From an uncultured Oscillospiraceae bacterium (GTDB lineage: Bacteria > Bacillota > Clostridia > Christensenellales > Aristaeellaceae), in NCBI GenBank assembly GCA_964512175.1, contig CAZEIC010000001.1:2306-66305 (forward strand): a stretch of DNA of 64,000 nucleotides. The letters run 5' to 3'. Position 1 is the first letter of the stretch; each line of letters starts with the position of its first letter. The position numbers and the translations under genes were made by a program. Below, piece after piece: positions 56,368 through 64,000 of the stretch. The notes under the pieces were generated by a model, which did no database searches, had not been told where the DNA came from, and was given only the letters and a program-made list of their open reading frames with translations.

Positions 56368-56588
56368 GTCGGGATGCTTCCTGAGGTGCCCGCCAGCCCT
56401 CTGTTTTTACCCACATTTCATATAACGGAGTCCGCGTCGGTATCATGGATGTCATGCCCCCGTGCCACGCACGCCAGGGGACGGCAGAAGGGTTCGCAGG
56501 ACACCGGCCTGCTTAACATAGCGGGTGAAAAAATGGAGGACAGCGACACCTTGGGGCATTCGAAAAGAGCGCGGAGACGCGCTTTTTT
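56368..56588 (+). ncRNA. Candidate free-standing structured small RNA of about 220 nt; class not determined
   Basis: It lies between a perfect promoter and an intrinsic terminator (AGCGCG-gaga-CGCGCT plus T6, 56568-56588). A closing helix pairs 56372-56393 with 56521-56561 (GGAUGCUUCC/GGGGCAUUC, GAGGUG/CACCUU, CCCGC/GCGGG). Internal hairpins include GCAGG-acaccgg-CCUGC and CAUG-gaugu-CAUG. The next gene has its own promoter. Confidence 0.55.
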
Positions 56589-56659
56589 GTTGCAAATTCA
56601 GCATACAAATCCAGTATGAATTTTACTACATTATCAGAGAACAAACAGACAAAAGCCTA

Positions 56660-58228
<1,569 letters not shown>

Positions 58229-58375
58229 CATAAATGCCCCCCTCCGAGGCGGTCGCGTGCCATAAAATAACATTTTGTTGCGAGTTTTGCTTGCATTGCG
58301 GTGCGTTTTGTATTATACTGCTCATGTATACATGCGCCCATTCGTTGATCGCTAAGATTTGAGGAGGGACTACGC

Positions 58376-59497
58376 TTGAAAAGAAAAGTGCTCCTATGCC
58401 TGCTGGCGCTTCTGATAGCGCTGCCGCTTGCGTCGTTTGCAACAACCACCGAGGAGACTGAAGTGCCCGCCTACGATCCAGGCGTGTTCTTTACGCACCC
58501 CGAACTGGGCGAGCAGATTCTGGTGGACTACCATCACGGTCAGCCTGAGATCATCATCTACGGCATGCCGTATTACGTGGTGGTCGACACGCAGGAAACG
58601 CCCTATCGCGGGCTGACGGCGAACGACATCAAGGTCGTAACCGAAGACATGCCCGACCCGTACACGGCGCTGGAACAGTTCTACACGAGCGCGACGACCG
58701 ACGAGGACGGCAAGCCGCCCTTCGAGTTCGAGTACGCCGGTCTCCCGAAGGAGAACGTAGAAAAGCTCAACACGCTGCCCGAGGAAGACCGCTTCGACGC
58801 TCTCATGCTGCTCTACGGCTTCCGAGGCGCGGACGGCTACGACCTGCTCAAAGCTATGCCGGGCTTTGAAGACGTTGATACCGAAGCGCTCAAGGCGAAC
58901 CACAAGGAATACACCGTCGTCATCGACGGCGTGACGTATCCTTACCGCATCATCATGTTCCGCGTGGACGAGATCGGCGGCGAATCGTATTACGAGCGCT
59001 ATAATTTCGTTTACTACATGAACGAGTGGCGGCTGGCGCGCATCACGGTGGAGTACGTCGAGGGCTATGACGAGCGCGTGAAGGACATCTACGGCTCCGC
59101 CTTTGCGGTTGAAGCGCTCGATATCGGCGCGGACGACGCGGACGCTTTCCGCGGCGTTTCGTGGACGGCGACGCAGGAAGAAGTCATCGCAGCCGAGGGC
59201 GGCACGCTCGAAGGCAACACGCTCAAGAAAGGTCCGGTCACCATCTACAAGCTGCAAGCGGATCTGTCCTACGTCTTTGACGACGACGGCAACCTCCTCT
59301 ACCGCGAATACACACTACCGGACGATGGCGACGTTTCCTTCACCTCCGCGTTCGTGTCGCTGTACATGCGCTACGTCGATCCCATCGAAATCGACGCGGG
59401 CAAGAACAAAACATGGGTCATGGAAGACGTACGAATCGAATTGATTCACGACGAGCACAATTCGACGATTCGCTTCATCCCGCGCACGGACAGCTAA
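58376..59497 (+). CDS. Secreted acidic protein of unknown function
   Basis: The TTG start lies 7 nt after GAGGAGGG, and the signal peptide is MKRKVLLCLLALLIALPLASFA. I recognise no motif. Confidence 0.6.
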   Translation: MKRKVLLCLLALLIALPLASFATTTEETEVPAYDPGVFFTHPELGEQILVDYHHGQPEIIIYGMPYYVVVDTQETPYRGLTANDIKVVTEDMPDPYTALEQFYTSATTDEDGKPPFEFEYAGLPKENVEKLNTLPEEDRFDALMLLYGFRGADGYDLLKAMPGFEDVDTEALKANHKEYTVVIDGVTYPYRIIMFRVDEIGGESYYERYNFVYYMNEWRLARITVEYVEGYDERVKDIYGSAFAVEALDIGADDADAFRGVSWTATQEEVIAAEGGTLEGNTLKKGPVTIYKLQADLSYVFDDDGNLLYREYTLPDDGDVSFTSAFVSLYMRYVDPIEIDAGKNKTWVMEDVRIELIHDEHNSTIRFIPRTDS

Positions 59498-59508
59498 TAT
59501 CACAGTAT

Positions 59509-59549
59509 AAAAGAGCGCCCTGTCACGAAAAATGACGGGCGCTCTTTTC
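59509..59549. terminator. Intrinsic terminator hairpin
   Basis: The stem AGAGCGCCCTGTCA-cgaaaaa-TGACGGGCGCTCT is flanked by AAAA and TTTT, so it could work in both directions. Confidence 0.7.
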
Positions 59550-59608
59550 ATATGCGCCGCTCAGCGTTCATACACTGGCACGGAATAGGAACGGGAGGTA
59601 GGGCGTGC

Positions 59609-60670
59609 ATGGTTCACCATCTGTTCGCGGGCAGCAACACCCGCGCGGGATATATCGGGTTTCTGGGAAGCCTACTGCCGAGGGAAGACACGGCGCACGT
59701 TTACTATATCAAGGGCGGACCGGGCGTTGGCAAATCCAGCCTCATGCGCGATATCGGGCGCGCGCTGGAGCGCGAGGACGGTTTGGTGGAATACTTTCAT
59801 TGCTCGGGCGACCCCGAGAGTCTGGACGCGGTGGTATCGCACGCGCGCGGCGTGATTCTTGCGGACGGCACGGCGCCGCACATGCTCGACCCGCGCCTCC
59901 CAGGCGCGCTGGACAGCATCGTGGATTTGGGGCAGTGCTTCGACACGCGCGCGCTGATGGCGGCGCGGAGCGAGATCGACGCGCTGAATGCCGACGTTGC
60001 CCGCCTGTACGCGCGCGCGACGCGATACCTTGCGGGCGCGGACGCGGCGCGGCGCGATACCGCGAGCATATACCACGAAGCCGTGGAGCGCGGCGCGCTG
60101 AACAGTCTGCGCGCGCGGCTGACGGAGCTGATCCCGTCCGCGCCCGAGGGCGAGCCACGGCGGCTGTTCGCGCAGGCGATCACCTGCCGGGGCGTGCTCA
60201 ACTACATGGACGACGCGCTGACCGGCCGCGTCGTCAGCCTCGATCTGCCGTGGGGCTATCGCCCGGGCGAGATCCTAGCGCCCGTCATTTCCGCCGCGAG
60301 CGCACGCGCCGTCACCTGCTCGGTGTATTACGACCCGCTGGACGCGGAGCAGCCCTCGCATGTCGGCTTTTCCGGGTTCACGGTGACTAGCTGCGTCGTG
60401 CCCGACGCCGAACGCGCCGCGCTGCCGTTTGACGCGGCGTTCCTGCGCAGGCAAAGCAGCGCGATCGCCTTCAACCGCGCCGCGCACGACCTGCTCATCA
60501 ATCAGGCGGTGGAATGCCTCGCGCAGGCGAAGGATAAGCACGACGCGCTCGAACGGCTGTATGTGGACAGCATGGACTTTGGCAAATGGGAGCGCGCGCG
60601 CGACGACATCTGGGCGCAAATCGCCGCCTTGTTCCCGCCGACGCGCACAAAAAGCCCCCTCGCGGAATAA
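59609..60670 (+). CDS. P-loop NTPase of unknown function (resembles the conserved Firmicute PRK06851-type ATPase)
   Basis: Walker A is YYIKGGPGVGKSS. The start at ATG 59609 is preceded by GGGAGG. The family name is from memory and unverified. Confidence 0.6.
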   Translation: MVHHLFAGSNTRAGYIGFLGSLLPREDTAHVYYIKGGPGVGKSSLMRDIGRALEREDGLVEYFHCSGDPESLDAVVSHARGVILADGTAPHMLDPRLPGALDSIVDLGQCFDTRALMAARSEIDALNADVARLYARATRYLAGADAARRDTASIYHEAVERGALNSLRARLTELIPSAPEGEPRRLFAQAITCRGVLNYMDDALTGRVVSLDLPWGYRPGEILAPVISAASARAVTCSVYYDPLDAEQPSHVGFSGFTVTSCVVPDAERAALPFDAAFLRRQSSAIAFNRAAHDLLINQAVECLAQAKDKHDALERLYVDSMDFGKWERARDDIWAQIAALFPPTRTKSPLAE

Positions 60671-60693
60671 ACTGTCCCTGAGGGGGAATCGCC

Positions 60694-60948
60694 ATGACGC
60701 TGTCGGAATTACGCGCGAAGGACGTTGTGAACATACAGACGGGCAAGCGCCTCGGGAAAGTGATTGATTTGGAATTCTGCGAGCGCGACGGCTGTATCAC
60801 CGCCATCGTCGTTCCGGGGGAAACCAAATTTTCGCAAATGCTCCGGGGCGAAAAGTGCGGCGTCGTCATTCCATGGCAGCGTATCTGCCGGATCGGCGAC
60901 GACATCATTCTGGTCGAACTGGAGCCGGGAGAAACGCCGGAGGAATGA
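60694..60948 (+). CDS. YlmC/YmxH-family sporulation protein (PRC-barrel)
   Basis: The 84-aa protein reads LSELRAKDVVNIQTGKRLGKVIDLEF...ITAIVVPG...IPWQRICRIGDDIILVE. Confidence 0.85.
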   Translation: MTLSELRAKDVVNIQTGKRLGKVIDLEFCERDGCITAIVVPGETKFSQMLRGEKCGVVIPWQRICRIGDDIILVELEPGETPEE

Positions 60949-60958
60949 CCGCTATCGA

Positions 60959-61807
60959 TTATTCAAACTCGATAAACTTCTTGAGCTCGGCAATTTCATA
61001 CGCCATATCCTCGGCGACGACCACGCGGTGCATGCTGATCGTCGCCATGTGATATTCGCCCATCGGCGAGCGCATTTGCTCGGGCAGCTTGATTTCGTCC
61101 ATCATCACGGCGATCATGACCGAGGTCAATTCGTTCATGGTGATGTTGGTGTCGAGCATGGGCAGCGCGGCGTCCGCGAAATCCATCAGCCCGTCGGAAT
61201 TGAGCAGCATGATCTTATCCATGCAGGCGATCAGCACGCGGCGCTGACGCTCGGTGCGGTTCAAATCGCTGCGCTCGTCGGACGGGTCGCGATTGCGCAT
61301 GAATTGGGCGGCGGTCACGCCGTCCATTTTTTTCAGCCCCGGTTCGGTAAAGAGCACGCTGCCGTCGGGGTGGCGCATACCCGCAAGGTCGTAATCGTAA
61401 ATCATGACCTCCAAGCCGCCCAGCGCGTCGATGATCTCGTTCATGCGGGTAACGTCGATAGCCGCGTAATAACGGATGTCAGTCTCAAACAGCTCGTTGA
61501 CGACGTCCAGCGACATGCGCGGACCGCCGAAGTAGAGCGCGGTGCAGAGCTTGTTCCTGCCCAGATTGTCCGGCAGGGTCACAAGGTAATCGCGATCGAT
61601 GCTCGCCATGCGCGTTTCCCCGGTGTCTAGGTTGACGCTGCCGATGATCATCGCGTCCGAGCGCCCCCAGCCGGTGTCGCCCGCGACCTGCGCCGCCTGC
61701 TCGTCCACGCCCATGAGCAGCACCGTCAGCGTATTGCTTCCCGCCGCCAGCGCCATAGACGGAACGGCGAGCAAAAGTACCAGAATCAGAACAGTCCATC
61801 GCTTCAT
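60959..61807 (-). CDS. LCP-family (LytR-CpsA-Psr) cell-envelope polymer transferase
   Basis: A signal/anchor (MKRWTVLILVLLLAVPSMALA) is followed by LLMGVDE...GRSDAMIIGSVN...ASIDRD, which is typical of LCP proteins. Confidence 0.85.
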   Translation of the reverse strand: MKRWTVLILVLLLAVPSMALAAGSNTLTVLLMGVDEQAAQVAGDTGWGRSDAMIIGSVNLDTGETRMASIDRDYLVTLPDNLGRNKLCTALYFGGPRMSLDVVNELFETDIRYYAAIDVTRMNEIIDALGGLEVMIYDYDLAGMRHPDGSVLFTEPGLKKMDGVTAAQFMRNRDPSDERSDLNRTERQRRVLIACMDKIMLLNSDGLMDFADAALPMLDTNITMNELTSVMIAVMMDEIKLPEQMRSPMGEYHMATISMHRVVVAEDMAYEIAELKKFIEFE

Positions 61808-61878
61808 TCGGGTCGCGCGCCTCCTGTCAATCATTCCGTGTCAGTATACCGCAATTCACCCGTGTGCGCAAGCGAGCA

Positions 61879-62862
61879 TCAAAGGGTCGCGACCAGCACC
61901 GCCTTGATGGTGTGCAGCCGGTTCTCCGCTTCGTCGAACACCTTGCTGTATCGGGAACGGAAGACCTCGTCGGTCACTTCCATTTCGCGGATGCCGTGCT
62001 TGGCAAAAACCTCTTGGGCGACCGTCGTTTCCAAATCATGGAAGGACGGCAGGCAATGCAGGAACACAACATCGGGGTTGCCCGTGGCGTGGAGCGTGTC
62101 CATCGTCACGCGGCAGGGCGCAAGCAGCGCGATGCGCTCGGCGAACTTGTCCTCCTCGCCCATCGACACCCATACGTCGGTATACACAACGTCCGCGCCC
62201 GCGACGTCCGCCATATGCTCCGAGAGCGTCACGCTGCCGCCCGTTTCGGCGCAGAGCGCGCGCATGCGCGAGACAAGCTCCTCGCTCGGAAAGAGCGCCT
62301 TAGGTGCGATGGCGGTGAACTGCATACCCAGCTTGGCGCAGATGATCATCAGCGAATTGCCCATGTTGTTGCGCGCGTCGCCGAGGTAGGCGAGCTTGCA
62401 TTCGGAAAGCGGCTTTTTTGCGCGCTCCTCAATCGTCATCAGGTCCGCGAGCACCTGCGTCGGATGATACAAATCGGTCAGCCCGTTCCAGACCGGCACA
62501 CCGGAATACTCCGCCAGCAGCTCGGCGGTTTCCTGTTTGTACCCCCGGAACTCGATGCCGTCGTAGAACCGCCCGAGCACGCGCGCGGTATCCTCCAGCG
62601 ACTCTTTCTTGCCCATCTGGCTGCCGGACAGGTAGGTCGCGCCCGCGCCCTCCTGCATGGCGGCGACCTCGAAGGCACAGCGCGTGCGCGTCGAAGTCTT
62701 CTCAAAAATCAGCACGATGTTCTTGCCGTCCAGCAGCTTTTCGCGGCTGCCGAGGCGCTTTTTTTGCTTGAGATCGCCCGCGAGCGCGAGCAGATAGCGG
62801 ATCTCATCCGGCGAATAATCCATGAGCGTAAGCAGGGAGCGCCCTTTTAGGTTGATTGGCAT
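61879..62862 (-). CDS. argF: Ornithine carbamoyltransferase
   Basis: STRTRCAFE is the carbamoyl-phosphate site, DVWVSMG is the ornithine SMG loop, and HCLP is present. The start at ATG 62862 is preceded by AGGAGG. Confidence 0.92.
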   Translation of the reverse strand: MPINLKGRSLLTLMDYSPDEIRYLLALAGDLKQKKRLGSREKLLDGKNIVLIFEKTSTRTRCAFEVAAMQEGAGATYLSGSQMGKKESLEDTARVLGRFYDGIEFRGYKQETAELLAEYSGVPVWNGLTDLYHPTQVLADLMTIEERAKKPLSECKLAYLGDARNNMGNSLMIICAKLGMQFTAIAPKALFPSEELVSRMRALCAETGGSVTLSEHMADVAGADVVYTDVWVSMGEEDKFAERIALLAPCRVTMDTLHATGNPDVVFLHCLPSFHDLETTVAQEVFAKHGIREMEVTDEVFRSRYSKVFDEAENRLHTIKAVLVATL

Positions 62863-62904
62863 GCCATTGTCCTCCTGTCGGCAATCATGCGTCAGCACCG
62901 CCCC

Positions 62905-62933
62905 ATCATAACAGGAATTGGCGTTTCTTGCAA
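62905..62933 (-). promoter_or_regulatory. Sigma-70-type promoter of argF
   Basis: On the minus strand: TTGCAA (62933-62928), a 17-nt spacer and TATGAT (62910-62905). Confidence 0.55.
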
Positions 62934-62934
62934 G

Positions 62935-62973
62935 AAAAAAGCGCGGCGAGCGATTGTCTTCCTGCTCCCGCGC
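62935..62973 (-). terminator. Intrinsic terminator after the small membrane-protein gene
   Basis: The minus-strand RNA forms GCGCGGGAGC-aggaagacaatc-GCUCGCCGCGC followed by U6. Confidence 0.6.
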
Positions 62974-62987
62974 CTATACCCGCACGC

Positions 62988-63377
62988 TTATGCGAGACTT
63001 CCCCGCCACATGCCCGTCAGCCCGCCGCCAGCAACGCCCATCGCGAGGTCGGCGACATACGCGGTCACGCCGGGCTGCTGCCCGGTCAGCGCGGCATACG
63101 CGAACACCCCGAGCGCCATGTACGCGATGCCGACCACCGCGCCGCGCAGCATGCCGTTGTCGCCGCCCTTTTGCACGGCTCGGGACACGCCGATAAAGAT
63201 CGCCGCCAGCTTGATCAGCTGATTGACGACGCGAATCACGCCGTCCGACGGGTTCAGCCATGCAATCAGCAGCGCGAACACGCAGACGGCGGCGGCGGTG
63301 AACAGGATCGCCATCACAACGCCCATGAGCAAGCCCGCGCCCATCCCCTTGCGCGCGCGAACACTCGTCCTCATCAA
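62988..63377 (-). CDS. Small Gly-rich membrane protein (TIGR04086/YrzE-like)
   Basis: The 129-aa protein has four hydrophobic Gly/Ala-rich segments and lies directly downstream of yajC, as I recall for this family. Confidence 0.65.
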   Translation of the reverse strand: MMRTSVRARKGMGAGLLMGVVMAILFTAAAVCVFALLIAWLNPSDGVIRVVNQLIKLAAIFIGVSRAVQKGGDNGMLRGAVVGIAYMALGVFAYAALTGQQPGVTAYVADLAMGVAGGGLTGMWRGSLA

Positions 63378-63439
63378 AAAGCACCCCCTCTGGACGCTTT
63401 GTATGCCAGAGAAAGGTGTTTTATGAAAGTATGCGCGAA

Positions 63440-63817
63440 TCAGACCAGCGCTTCGGCGTCGTTTTCGACGGAGACTTCCTCAACGTTGCGAACCGCCCAG
63501 CGCGCGATCACCAATTCGGTGTTTTTCTGGCTGACGGAGAGGATGAGCGTGTCGTCGCGGATGCCGGTGATCGTGCCGTAGATGCCGCCGATGGTGCAGA
63601 TGCGGTCGCCCACCTTGAGCGCCTTGAGCATTTCCTTGGCTTTCTTGTCCTTCTTGCGCTGCGGGCGAATCAAGAAGAAATAGAAGACCACGACGATGAG
63701 AATCAGCGGGACAAAAGAGCCCAGCAGCGTCGCCGCGGGAGAGACCTCGCCCTCGGCGACCGCCGCGCCCGTCTCGGCGACCGCGCGCGAGATGTTGAAT
63801 AACCAGTCCATCAGCAT
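63440..63817 (-). CDS. yajC: Preprotein translocase subunit YajC
   Basis: A single TM (LLGSFVPLILIVVVFYFFLIRPQRKK) is followed by LKVGDRICTIGGIYGTI, the YajC signature. The N-terminus is somewhat longer than usual. Confidence 0.88.
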   Translation of the reverse strand: MLMDWLFNISRAVAETGAAVAEGEVSPAATLLGSFVPLILIVVVFYFFLIRPQRKKDKKAKEMLKALKVGDRICTIGGIYGTITGIRDDTLILSVSQKNTELVIARWAVRNVEEVSVENDAEALV

Positions 63818-63858
63818 TGAGATAACCGCCTTTCCTGTAAATCAGTCCACGGTACAGT

Positions 63859-63887
63859 ATTATAACAAGATTTTTCCCGTTTCGCAA
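63859..63887 (-). promoter_or_regulatory. Sigma-70-type promoter of yajC with an extended -10
   Basis: On the minus strand: TTGCGA (63887-63882), a 17-nt spacer ending in TGT, and TATAAT (63864-63859). Confidence 0.55.
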
Positions 63888-64000
63888 CCATAGAATGCGG
63901 CGGAAATGCGTTCGCGCGCATTTTCCGATCGGCGGACTCCCTTATTTCACAGTGATGACGGCGATATCTATATGAAGGAATATCCGATTGAACCTGCCGC

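Noticed and set aside
56440-56525. Possible cobalamin or c-di-GMP-I riboswitch inside the small RNA (GCCACG, GCAGGACACCGGCC resembling a B12 box; CACGCAC ... CCGGCCU resembling GEMM-I)
   Set aside because: The matches are short and out of register with the rest of either consensus. The downstream gene (a GH51 arabinofuranosidase with its own promoter) has no link to either ligand. I kept it only as something for cmscan to exclude.
56311-56619. A 102-aa ORF covering the candidate small RNA
   Set aside because: It starts at a TTG upstream of the promoter -35 element, has no RBS, runs through the intrinsic terminator and has no protein-like features. The internal 28-codon ATG ORF (from 56533) also crosses the terminator.
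63968-64000. A possible 3' end of a minus-strand gene upstream of yajC (tgt would be expected there), reading ...AAGSIGYSFI*
   Set aside because: Only 10 codons are visible and they do not match any signature I can recall. That is too little sequence to call.

Overview
This is a GC-rich chromosomal segment that reads as core genome of a Gram-positive Firmicute, probably Clostridia-like. The lineage call rests on whiA, ylmC/ymxH, trmFO, a CotH protein, and the comM-dprA-topA-trmFO-hslVU gene order. I call about 60 protein genes, most of them housekeeping: recF, rlmH, proC, guaA, murG, murB, whiA, topA, topB, hslVU, dprA, comM, rnhB, rbgA, argF, yajC and several peptidases. I also call one tRNA-Thr(GGU), one free-standing candidate structured small RNA, and several sigma-70-type promoters and intrinsic terminators. 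I saw no transposase, integrase, phage, CRISPR or recognisable defence genes, so the window does not look like a mobile island.

Five items seem most worth a second look:
- A roughly 4.1 kb gene for a giant multi-domain membrane glycosyltransferase (two GT-C-like modules plus two carbohydrate-binding-like modules). It sits between yraN and comM and is interrupted by a frameshift exactly at the expected catalytic Asp-Glu motif.
- A tightly packed array of secreted proteins: an RCC1-repeat protein, an LTD-LTD-CotH kinase-like protein, and two phosphodiester-glycosidase (NAGPA/DUF2233-like) proteins.
- A roughly 220 nt unclassified RNA gene with a perfect TTGACA-17-TATAAT promoter and its own terminator.
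- A roughly 150 bp inverted repeat built from 7-nt-periodic G3N4 / C3N4 tracts next to the tRNA.
- An operon in which topoisomerase III is translationally coupled to hslVU where B. subtilis has codY.

All protein family calls come from reading motifs in the supplied translations. No database search was run.
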